Below, piece by piece: positions 22,434 to 34,100 of a stretch of DNA of 64,000 bases (position 1 is the first letter of the stretch; each line of letters begins with the position of its first letter). Made by a program: the position numbers and the translations under genes. Location of the stretch: NCBI GenBank assembly GCA_017499595.2, contig CM038998.1, forward strand, positions 310,001-374,000, in the 5' to 3' direction. The stretch is from Psilocybe cubensis. Its lineage: Eukaryota. The notes below the pieces were generated by a model. The model ran no database searches and was not told the DNA's origin. It was given only the letters and a program-made list of their open reading frames with translations.

Positions 22434-23818
22434 TCAAACTTCGATTTGTTCTGTTCCACGACTCGCCATCCAGGTTTCTGGTCCCTGTAACCTTCGTTAA
22501 GCAAAGATAGCAAAGGTCCGATAGTATGACCAAATACTCACTTTTCTGTTATTGATACGCTGGTTCTTGATCCTCCTAGAAAACCATTCGAACGCGGTAG
22601 ATCCGGTTTCATACTTTCCAGGAGGTGCTGAGCGGACGGATTCAGCGATCGTGGGACTGTCTTGTGTCAGTGCCGTCAATACGGACGAGTTGCCTGGTCT
22701 CGTAAAGAACACAAGTGACCAGCGTTCAAGTCCAGACTGCTGGCCTGGCGGAGGTCTGAGTAGATCCTAATCAATGAAAAGACAAAGAACTAGAGGAATG
22801 TAGAACGTACACCACTCTGTGCAAGTTAGAGCGGAGGATACCTCCACTGAAGATAGCTAATGCATCACCGATATTGCATATCGCGTGGTTGGGAATAGGC
22901 TTTCCAGGACCAAAATTAGGTCAATCACCGCATCAAGCAAGAAAATGATGATTACCACCAACCTTAACGTATTGCCATGACTCGGCACCTGGGACGAATA
23001 CTTGGAGACCTCCTAAGCGATTGTGAAGGAACGACTGATAGAAAGAAAGATTAGTACAAGAGGCCCCACGACGCTGCCACATTTACTCACAAGTGTTCCA
23101 AAATCAGTGTGGCTCCCAATGGCTTGCTTGTTTAGATTAGAGATGGGCGGGTTTTTGATGAGCCGAGCTTCACTTCCACTATACTCCTCAGCAGAATGGA
23201 AGCGAAGGAGCGTACCGGCGGGGAGGCCAAGTCGATCGTTAAACACCTCAAGAAGCGTGTTATTCACCTCCAGCGACTTTTTGACGAATGGTACGACCGT
23301 CGTATGCATTTGGGCATTCACTGTCTCTGGGTACGCTCTTCTGGCCTGTTTGGGCCACGCCAAAGCGTCATCCTTTGCAACATTGAGGAATTCAACTGTG
23401 TCGCGTTCCCCTGTGGCGTCGACTGCGTTTGCGCCCGCAGCTTTGTAGCTGTAATACGATTAACGTTGGAATAAATAATATAATGAAACCACTTACCCAA
23501 ATGACATCCCATCATCTCCTTGTTCGAACTTCATCTTCTCTTCCGTCGGTAAGGCCATAACCTCGGCCCCAAGCGTAAACATTCTGTCCACAAACTCGTC
23601 TGCACCATGGTTCTTCAGGCTGTGGTGACGGCACGATGTGAACGCATACGATGGCCAAGTAGCACGACGACTTACTACCAAAATCCAAGTTTCGTTCCAG
23701 CTTCCCATAATCTTTCTATTTCTCCAGCATCCCGAGCCTTGATGAGTTCATAATCAATTACAAGGAGCGGGTGGGTAGGTACATCGTCAGGGAAAGGTGG
23801 ATATGCTAAGGCGGGCAT
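22434..23818 (-). CDS. Fe(II)/2-oxoglutarate dioxygenase (DIOX_N + 2OG-FeII_Oxy)
   Basis: MPALAYPPFPDDVPTHPLLVIDYELI...LGFW|YLKNHG, then HTDFGT (HxD), HAICNIGDALA and FFTRP; ends GPETWMASRGTEQIEV*. Confidence 0.9.
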
Positions 23819-24577
23819 TGTCGCTGAGTGAATTGAAGTTGAGTTAGTGTCAAGATGACGAAATATGTAGGAGTCGACGCAGCCAACGCACCCACGATTT
23901 TGAGGTATCTTCCCTTTGCATTCTATTTATATGGAAACGGTGCGTCACAAGGTCGCCCCAAATACTCGTTCTATCCGCTTTGGCTGCATTCTTGGCCAAG
24001 ATGCCCGGGAAACAAGTACATATATAGTCAAGATGAAGCTTTTATTAGCTCATAAAACTGACTGCATAGCATGTACAGTGATGGTTCTAATAAAGGATAC
24101 CACTGATGAGTTTCGAGTGTTCTTAAATGATATTTTGTAAACTGACATACCAATTGTTATCAGTGAGAAATAGGCTTCTAAGTTCTAACTTTCTCCAAGA
24201 ACTAACATGTCCTGCAGAACAAATACATAGAATACACAAATCGACATGGTCTGAGTCAGGTCTGAGTTGAAGAGGATGCACTTGTTGAAATAATCGGGAG
24301 TTGAGTCGTGCGTGCGTTGGCGTGCGTCGTTTTATTGTCGTGGGAAGACATTATGTACACAGATTTCGGGTTGCGGCATAATTTAATAGCCGGGGTGAGC
24401 TTGTAACTCTGCTTCAGCTAATCCAATTCCAAGTAAGGCGTTTGCTATAATTATTGAAGCCAGGTAATTCGTCTTGAGAAAGTGGTCCGTACTTTAGATA
24501 TAGTATAGAACATTTAAATGTAAATACGAAAAATGTAACGATGCAGAATTCCCGACGACATGCAACTCTTCACTAGG

Positions 24578-25874
24578 TCAGAGTTTCGCCCTTGGAAACT
24601 TTGCCAAAGGTCTGAGGATATTGGCGAGAGCATTGGCGACCAAGTCGGGCTGTTCCTGGACCACCTTCAGATAATACATGTAAGGAGCATTGTGGGAGTA
24701 AAGAAAGGCAGTAACTGACCATATGTCCGGCATCTTCAATCTTGGTAACGGATGCCACAACACGGCCTTCCGAAGCATCGCTTAACGATTCTTGGATGAA
24801 TTCAGGCCTGCAAAACCCATTAATGAGCGGTAATCTGATTATGATTCCGTCAGTACTTACACAAGGTCTCCTTGAGTTCCCCAGATAACATGAATGGGCA
24901 CGGAATGGCAGACTTTAGCCAATTGAATTGCGCCTACAAAATGAGGATCCATGTCAAGATAGGACACAGCTTCGTGCTGTTTGTCCCATTTCAATCTCAC
25001 TCCGCCGTCAGGCGAGTCCTCGAGGGCGTGTTTCTGGAGAACCATCAATATCAAGCTAACACCAAACAAAATGACAACATACAGCCATAAGACGCACAAC
25101 ACGTTCGTCCCAAGTATCCCATGGTATACGCTTCCTGAAGTAGTCGAAAGCTTGCTCCCTCGAACGCCAATGATCACGTCTGGTTTTGGTAGCGGCGACG
25201 GCAAAATCGATTCTGGCCATTCGGTCCTCCCGGTGGGAATCAAAGACCGGTTTTGTTGAGATTGTTGGTTCTACAAGAACGATGGATGCGAATCTTTCTG
25301 GTGAAATAGAGTTTGTTAAATGTATTCTATTGTGTATTAGCCAACGGCAGGTATGTGGAAGCGTAAATCTGACATACGAAACTGCGGCTCCCGCTGAATG
25401 GCCAACAGGAACAATACGATGTCCATTCATCAACGGAGACTTGACAAACCAAGCAACGGCGGTGGTCCATTCATAGGCAGCTGGGAGTTGTGGCTTTGGT
25501 AATTGTGTGGAATGACACAGTGTAGACACTCACAGATGACCCCATGCATACTCTTCAACGCCTCCCGATTCAATACCGCCGAGTCACCATGACTCTGCCA
25601 GTCGAATGCCCATGCCTCTCTCAGAAAATAAACACCTTCCGTCCTTTCGATGTGAAAAAGCCTGTCTATGATGGGCTCCCATTGCTCCTTGTCTATAAAT
25701 AAGGAGTGTTAGATGAATCAGCGTGATCATACTGTGCGACTTACGAGATCCGACGCAATGCATGAACAGTAAAGTCAGTCCAGAGCGGCGACCTTGATCG
25801 TTTGAGTATGAATATCGCTTCGCAGCTATCTTCAAGTTAGAGGGCGCTTCGAACGCAAAAGTGTCAATGTTCAT
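24578..25874 (-). CDS. Alpha/beta hydrolase with C-terminal PTS1 (-AKL), probably peroxisomal
   Basis: Motifs LLFMHCVGS|HKEQWEP, AFDWQSHGDS, nucleophile elbow VGHSAG, IVLVEP and IEDAGHM|VVQEQP. Ends PRAKL*. Confidence 0.85.
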
Positions 25875-26977
25875 TATGGCAGTTTAGTTGACTTGACCGC
25901 AAGGTATAGGTTGGACGTTAAGTAGCCAAATTCCCTTGAATGTGAAGACTGCAGGGTTCGTTTTCACGGCGTAACCGTCGCTCCGGGAAGGGGTCGAGAT
26001 ATATCCTACAGTCCTATCACGTGTAGCGTTCATGTTCCTCTGTAATAGTAGCACTTCTGTCTTCCATGGACTGCTCAAAAGCCGTCAGAGTATCTTCCAA
26101 CGGAAAGCTAGCAAGTTCCAATAATCGAACGAGGACTTGAAGGGAAGAGGCTGCTGTGGGAATGGAGAATCAAGAATGTTCAGGAGCATCGCGGATCACA
26201 CTTGAAGCGGAGAATCAAAGTATCCAATGGTCGTCCGATGGTGTAACAGTGACATGTTGAACAACATATTTATACTTCCACAGACTCGAAATTCCTTGGA
26301 TCGACGTAATCAGACACACTACCTTCAAACAGTGGCATATCTCTAACCAGCGCATCAAAGCCTCGCTAGAGCATCTGCACCACCGACGCAAAAATCGAGG
26401 GTAGACAATGGTTTGAGTTCTTTTGCTTTTGACTAAATATGTCAACAGCAACGAGTAAAGGTATGTACACCTCCATGACTAACCACTATACACAAAATCA
26501 ACCTTGCCGTCTTCTGTTCGATATAGATGACGTTTTAGGCGGTTTGCATCAACTGGTGCTTCTGCCGTCCATGGTGGCCATGGTCTTTGGTGGATCAAGT
26601 CGAAGACGCCAATCGGTACGGGTTCCACTGTATCATTGATTACGCTAAACTCATACTTCCCCATTCATTCAGATTTCTGGGACCGGACTCCTTGTTCTAA
26701 CTCATACCACAATCTAACTCCGCTCAGGGCACGAACACTGCAGTCAAGAAGTCGTGGTTTTGCTGTCAAATTACTCAGCATACTGCGTATGACTTCCTTT
26801 TTGTTTGAAGACTCGTTTTAAATGGTGGAGAAAAGTGATAAAACGCGGCGCACGTGAGTCGGATGACCCACTCATCTCACAAACGCCATCTTACACCATT
26901 TCCATATCTTCTTGCCACCAGACTTTATCTTAAAAGCGTGTAATCTGAATGGGCAAAATTCTGAGAATCAATCCAGC

Positions 26978-28426
26978 ATGACCGCCCTTGTTGAACGCGT
27001 CACTGATCTACTAAGTTCCAATCTTAGCATTTCCTCTCCGGAGGCGGCAACGACTAGAACTGCAGCGACGACTGAATCCATAGAGGCACCTGTATCTGGC
27101 TCACAGCAACCTGACATAGAGTATCACCCAGACGAAGCGAAATGGAAGGCCAGAACTGCCCGCCGCCTTGCGGAGGACCCTACGCTTCCTCAGCAATCGC
27201 TTCCAGAAGGGTTCCCGAAGCACCTTGATTCACCTTTGGTTTGGGAGGGAAAGGACTGGACTGAGGCTTCGCAGTGGGAGTATACATTAACTGCCGAACA
27301 CTTGAAAGAAATCGATGATGCTGTCAAGCATTTCAGAGGTACGTTGTTCTGCTTATAATAGAAGTCGTCTCTGACCTGACGTTCATTAAGCATTGGATAA
27401 GCCTTTCGGTTACATATCCCCTGCCACATTTCCCCTTCCAACTTTGGCCCCCGTTTTGTCCGAATTAGCACACGAGCTTCACAATGGGCGTGGTTTCTTT
27501 GTCCTTCGGACCATTCCAGTGGATTCGTACTCTCGAGAAGACAATATTCTCATATACGCGGGCATTTCCTCCTATGTTGGCGGTAAACGTGCTGTTCAGG
27601 ATGCTGGCAATATCGTCGTTGGCCACATCAAGGATTTGAGCGATACAAACCCACTCAAAACCATTGGCGCGCCTGCTTATACCACCGACAAGCAAGTTTT
27701 CCACACTGACATCGGTGACATAATATCCCTCTTTGTCCTTGAAACCGCTGCTCAAGGAGGAACATCGCGAATAAGCAGTAGCTGGAGAGTTTATAATGAG
27801 CTCGCTGAGACTAGACCAGATCTTATCAGAACTCTGGCTGAGCCGTGGCCTTTTGATACGTACGCGTTTTTTATCCATGCTAATTTTCTTGGCCTCATGT
27901 TATCCAGTTTCGGGGTAGGTGATGGATATACAAAGCGGCCCTTGCTTTTCTATCACGACTCCAAAATTATTATTCAGTATGCACGTCGTGTCTTTACTGG
28001 ATATCTCGGCCTTCCGCGTTCACAAGGCATCCCACCCATCACTGAGGCGCAAGCAGAGGCACTGGATGCCATTCACTTCCTCGCCGAGAAGCATTCACTC
28101 GGCCTCAGCTTCCAAAAAGGTGACATACAATACATCAATAATCTCAGTATCTTCCATGGAAGGGATGGATATGTTGATGCACCAGACCGTCGGTAAGTGG
28201 TCTTTACTTCCTCTATCTTTCCTTGATTTTTATTTATTCACATCTATTTTGTAGTCGTCATCTCCTTCGCCTGTGGCCCCGCAACGAAGAACTCGCATGG
28301 AAGATTCCAGACGAACTCCAGCATGTCTGGAAGCGACTTTACGAAACTGCAACCCCAGACAACGAACAGTTCCCCCTGGAACCTGAAATTCTTAAGAAAA
28401 CGAAGGGAGGTGCAGTGTATGTTTGA
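26978..28426 (+). CDS. TauD/TfdA (clavaminate synthase-like) dioxygenase, intact copy
   Basis: Motifs LHNGRGFFVLR, QVFHTD (HxD), GDIQYINNLSIFHGRD and RHLLRLW. Three GT-AG introns. Confidence 0.92.
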
Positions 28427-29688
28427 TCATACCGTGCGTTTGTGCAATGATTATGCTGTATCTTATCTTGTATACCTATCCAATGGTCAGCCCCTTCGAG
28501 TTGTTCGTCCTTTCGTCAATATAAGAGACTATCACGTGTGATTTTTCTAATATAAACAACCTTGCATTTGAAGGTGTGACGAAGAAGCAATATCACATCA
28601 TCCTGAGCCTTTGGAAACGATATTAATTGAAGGCGGAACGCGAATCCATTGGAGCTTCTCTATTCATTTCGACCATGACTTCAATTCGAGACGCATCAAT
28701 TGAGCAACCGCGTTCCACGGCTTCCTCCTTGAAGAACCACTTTGTACCCAGCTCTGGAAACCAGCCTGATATTTCATATCACCCAGATCGTGAGAAGTGG
28801 ATCCAACGCACTGCGTGGAGGCTGGCACAGGACCCTTCTCTCTTGTCTACTCCTTTACCAGCCGGTTTTCCAAACAAACTCCAATCGCCCTTGGTATGGG
28901 AAGGAAAGGACTGGAAAAACGAAGCTCAATGGGTTTACACTCTCACTTCCGACCATTTGAAGGAGATAGACAATGCTCTCCGTCATTTTCACGGTGCGAG
29001 ATTTAACTCAATCTTAGGTATGGGGAAGTAGTTAATCGAATCTCTTTTCTGTCGATAGCTCTAGGAGTGCCATATGGGCTCATCTCTCCAGAAACATTCC
29101 CCCTGCCTACCCTTGGGCCCATTTTAACGGATCTCGCTTACGAGCTCCATGAAGGTCGAGGGTTCTTTGTTTTGAGAACCATACCCGTCGACTCTTACTC
29201 ACGACTCGATAATGTCCTCATCTACGCTGGTATATCATCATATGTTGGAGGTACGAGAGGACTTCAAGATAAAGACGGTGGTGTCCTTTCCCATATAAAA
29301 GATCTATCCCAGTCGCATTTAAAAGGCGCTATTGGTGGTCCTGCCTACACGACCGATAAGCAGGTGTTTCATACCGACCAGGGCTCCGATATTGTGTCAC
29401 TTTTTGCACTTCAGATAGCTGCAGAAGGTGGTGTATCCAGGATAAGCAGCAGTTGGAGGGTGTATAATGACCTCGCGGAGAACCGCCCTGACTTGATTCA
29501 AACCCTCGCTCAGCCATGGGTAGTAGACGAGTCAGAATTCTGTTTTGTTTGTTCAAATACCTGTGCTAAAGACAATTGCATATGCTAGGTTCGGACGGGA
29601 TCCTCCTTTCACAGAGAGACCTCTTCTTTATCATCTGGACTCCAAGATAATTATTCAATATGCACGCCGATACTTCACCGGCTTCCAA

Positions 29689-29871
29689 TGTCATGATATG
29701 ACCACACACGTGATCCCGCGCTGTTATCCTCCTTCGTAGATACAGTATATCCTTTAGCTTTGACCACTTCGTTATTAGGTATGTACTACTGGTACATACT
29801 CCATTCTTTATATAACTTCGTTATTAGGTTACCTTTCGTGCTGCATTGCAGACCACAGTGAGAACCTTACA
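29689..29871 (+). repeat. 5' LTR (183 bp)
   Basis: tgtcatgatatg...gagaaccttaca; identical to 35522-35704 on base-by-base reading. Confidence 0.97.
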
Positions 29872-29959
29872 CTTGGTCAAAGCTCTTATACGTTCAACCC
29901 GTTTCCTTCCGGAGAAATTTTTTTTTTCGGCATTTGCGCCTTTGGGGCTTCTTTCCAGC

Positions 29960-31114
29960 ATGCCGGATGGGAATTCCACTACGATAGGAGAGGGCGAGCA
30001 TCCGCCGCCACCCCCCACGATCACCAATCCTATTGCGCAGGAGGTTTATACGGCCTTGGAGGTGTTGCTTGCACCCAGGTTGTCCGAGTTGGAGCGAGGC
30101 CTGGAGGAGGCGGCAGAGGGTTTTTCTCGTCTAGAGGTGCAGAACCAGGAACTCCGCGCTGCGTTGGCGGCAACCGAGCAACGACTTGATGCCGTGAGCG
30201 CCGCTCGTGCTCGTCCCTCTCGGATGCCGAAAGTTAATCCTGCCACGGTGTTTGATGGGACAAGCAAACAGAAAGCGGAGGAGTGGGTTCAGCAGATATC
30301 GGTTAACCGCCACTTTGAGGAGTTTTCCAATGATGCGCAGTGTATTCTATGGGCGCAGTCTTATCTATCTGGGCAGGCATACTCGTGGTCGGCAGTCATT
30401 ACACTCGGCGACGCAGAGGGTGGAAATTCCGAACTCCGTGAAAATTGGGATGCATATCTGGCAGCATTCAAGGCCACATTCTGCTCTCGTGACTCGGCAC
30501 GCGATGCTACACAGCGCCTCTTGGGCTTCAAGCAGGGCCAGAAATCCGATACCCAGTACATTACTGAGTTCCGCGAGTTGGTTGCTCGGTTGCCAGTAGC
30601 AGATAGGACTGGGACATTTGTGGATGCGTGTTTCTGGGCTGGTTTGTCTTTACAAACCAAGCAGCTTCTGGCTCACTCAGACTTCAAGGGGGCAGAGGAA
30701 GCCCAGGCAATTCTTTTGCGTCGCGAAACACGACATGCAGACATTGCAGCAGAACTACGACGTCACGCTCCTCACCCACACCGCAGTCCTGCAGTGCCTA
30801 CACCTGCTATTGCACGGTCAGCTTTACCTTCAGGAACTCATGCTGTTCAACCCCGCCCTGCTCAGGCATCCCTTCCTCCTGCTCCACGTGATCCTAATGC
30901 TATGGATGTTGATGCGGCCCGGCACTTACCTCGGAAATGCTATCGATGTGGAGAGAGTGGTCATGTTCGTGCCAACTGTCCATCTACTGTTGCTCGGCTG
31001 CGGGCAGGGCTTTTAGAGGAGGTCACAAAGGTGCTTGAAGCACATGGATTGGGAACAGTTTCCTCCGAGCCACCCATAGCGGAACCTGCAGCCCCCGAGC
31101 CGGGTTTTGTGTAG
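29960..31114 (+). CDS. gag: Retrotransposon Gag
   Basis: MPDGNSTT...FDGTSKQKAEEW...FKQG...YITEF, then DPNAMDVD and the CCHC zinc knuckle CYRCGESGHVRANC. Confidence 0.95.
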   Translation: MPDGNSTTIGEGEHPPPPPTITNPIAQEVYTALEVLLAPRLSELERGLEEAAEGFSRLEVQNQELRAALAATEQRLDAVSAARARPSRMPKVNPATVFDGTSKQKAEEWVQQISVNRHFEEFSNDAQCILWAQSYLSGQAYSWSAVITLGDAEGGNSELRENWDAYLAAFKATFCSRDSARDATQRLLGFKQGQKSDTQYITEFRELVARLPVADRTGTFVDACFWAGLSLQTKQLLAHSDFKGAEEAQAILLRRETRHADIAAELRRHAPHPHRSPAVPTPAIARSALPSGTHAVQPRPAQASLPPAPRDPNAMDVDAARHLPRKCYRCGESGHVRANCPSTVARLRAGLLEEVTKVLEAHGLGTVSSEPPIAEPAAPEPGFV

Positions 31115-31116
31115 GG

Positions 31117-34100
31117 TTGCCTTGCCTTGTCGCTGCAAGTGCAACCCAGAACAGGTTTTCTGTACTTACGCCTCCAAATAAATTGGTTTTGACTGGTCCA
31201 AATCAGACTGTGCCTCGCCGCCGTCGTTGTCGGACCCGCCGTGCAGCTGTGATTCATGCTCGTTCTCCTCGATCACAGTTTTCTTCCTTTGAAATTCCAA
31301 TTACTATTCATGTACACAAAACCGCGACACCCAATGTGCCTACCATTATTGATACTAGGGCAATGCTAGATTCGGGCGCTAGCTGCTGTTTCATTAATCC
31401 ACGTTTTGTGGAGCAACATGGCCTAATTTCAATCCCAAAGAAGAGGAGCCTCCGTTTGCGCACAATTGACAACTCTGAAATCAAGTCGGGTCTTATCACT
31501 CATGAAGTCCACCTCAAGGTTTTCATCGACTCACATTCGGAATTGCTAGTATGCGATGTTACTGATATTGGGGATGACAACCTTATATTTGGGATTAACT
31601 GGCTACGGCGACACAATCCGGTGGTAGATTTTGACCGCTCTACCTTGGATTTTACTTCGGAATACTGCAGGCAGAGGTGCTTACCTTTGCCGGAGGCCAT
31701 AACTGCTGCAGCTGCTTCACCTTCACCTGGAAGGCTGCGTAAGCGACTGCTAGAAAGGCAACGCCGCCGTGCACGCCAGCACGCACGGGAGGCGAGACGT
31801 ACTGGGTTGGAAGTTGAGGCTGATGATGTGGAGAGGTTGAAGCTGTTACATCCAGTCCGGCAAAAACCAGGCCGTAAGACACCTCACACGCATAGCCAGT
31901 GCCGCCAAACCAACACATGTGGCGCTACGGGCCGACTTCGCATTCGGAGGGAATCTCTGCACTTTTTAAAATGTTCGCGTGCAAGTTGGACACAGATGAC
32001 ACGTGACCTACAGGCAGATGCACTTCGTGTTGCACATGCAGAGATTGCAAAAGCTTTGGAGCATGCAGTGCAACAAGAAGAGGCAGGTGGGGTGGTTGAG
32101 GGTGTGTCCTTGGAACAGTGCTGGGATGGAGAATCACACCGTGGATGCCAGGGGCCAGGTATTCGTGCTGCCGCCAGTCATTCAGTATCACAGCGCCTGG
32201 CAGAGGCTGCAACTCCTGCAAAAGCTACTGGCTCAGTTGAAGATTTAGTGCCTGCAGAGTTTCACGAATTTTTGGATGTCTTTGATAAGGGTCGGTCCGA
32301 ACGGCTTCCGGCCCATAAGCCCCATGATTTGGCGATTGAGTTAGAGGGCAATGTGCCACCTCCTGTTGGCAAGCTATACCAGATGTCAGCAGCAGAGCTT
32401 CGGGCACTGAAGGAATTCATTGATGACAACCTCAAGAAGGGTTATATACGGCCCTCCAAGGCCCCGTGTGGAGCTCCTGTTTTCTTTGTCAAAAAGAAGG
32501 ACGGATCTCTCCGTCTTGTGGTGGATTTTCGTGCACTCAATGCCATCACGCGGCCCGATGCATACCCAATTCCTCTCTCCGCTGAACTCCTAGACCGTCT
32601 CAAGGCAGCAAAGGTTTTCACTACCTTAGACATGCGATGGGGTTACTACAATGTGCGCATACGGGAAGGTGATGAATGGAAGACTTCTTTCCGGACCCGT
32701 TATGGCCAATTTGAATTTTTGGTTATGCAGTTTGGTCTTCGCAATGCTCCGGCTGCCTTTCAGCGCATGGTTAATGATCTATTCCATGACCTTGTCGACA
32801 TTAATGTGGTACTCTACCTGGACGACATTATTATCTTCTCTCAAGACCCTTCAAAACACGACGAACAGGTTAAGGAAGTCTTGCGTCGCCTTCGGAAAGC
32901 AGATCTGTTTCTGAAACCAGAGAAGTGTCAGTTCCGCACGACAGAAGTGGATTATTTGGGATTTCGTATCTCACCTGGTTGTGTTGGCATGGACCCAGTC
33001 AAGGTCAGCGGGGTAACGGATTGGCCAGTGCCACGCAATGTTCGGCATGTTAGTCGCTTCCTTGGCTTCTGTAACTTCTATCGCCGCTTTATTGCAGACT
33101 ATGCCAACATTACCCGCCCACTGGAGAATTTGAAGCGGAAAGACATGGCTTGGAGGTGGGGTGATGTGGAGCAAGCGGCGTTTGCACAGTTGAAGCAAGC
33201 ATTTATACAAGCACCAGTATTGATGCTGCCGGAAATGGAGGCGCCATTCCATGTTGAGACGGATGCATCAGATTTTGCTGTAGGAGCCATCCTGTCGCAG
33301 AAGGATGCAGCTGGTGATTGGCGCCCCGTGGCTTACTTTTCAAAGGCTATGCAACCCGCAGAGCGCAACTATGATGTTCACGACAAGGAGTTGTTAGCTG
33401 TTGTGCGTGCTCTTGAAGTCTGGCGACCATACCTGGAGGGCAACCCCTTCTGTATTGATATATTTTCTGATCATCGCAACCTGGAGTTCTTCATGACAGC
33501 TCGTGATTTGAATCGCAGACAGGCGCGGTGGAGCCTTTTTTTGAACCGTTTTGTCTTCAAGATCCACCACCGGCCTGGCCGTTTGAGTGCAGGTCCAGAC
33601 GAGTTGTCTCGTCGTGCTGACCACATCCACGGGATGGCCCGTGACAATGCTGCTATGGAGATCTTGCCAGCAGAGAGGCTGGGGCAGGATTCCAATGATG
33701 GTGGTGGTGGTACGGTGTTGGGAAAGCGAGGTGTGGTGCTGGAGCTGCGTTGTTGTGGTATGTCCAAGGTGGTGGCTAGGGTGGGGCAAGTTATACGTGC
33801 CGACAAGGAGATTATGGACAGGATACGTACAGTGTCTCGTAAGGACCCCAAGTTGGATCTCATGTGGGATTTACCTAACGCTCCCGGCCTTGTTCAACGT
33901 CGGCTGAAGGACTTTGTGGTGGATGATGGCGTGGTGCGGTTTCGTGGGCTGGTGTATGTGCCCAATGACGAGGAATTGAAGCGTTGGATTTTGCAGCTGT
34001 ATCACGATGCGATCCCGGCAGGCCACCCTGGTATCTCAAACACGCTGGAGCTGGTGTCACGGAACTACTATTGGCCAAGGATGTCAGAATTTGTTGCTCG

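Noticed and set aside
26017-26782. Possible minus-strand gene fragments (MGKYEFSVIND..., ...LVRLLELASFPLEDTL...)
   Set aside because: I could not build a consistent spliced model or recognise a family. It may be a small gene or a relic.
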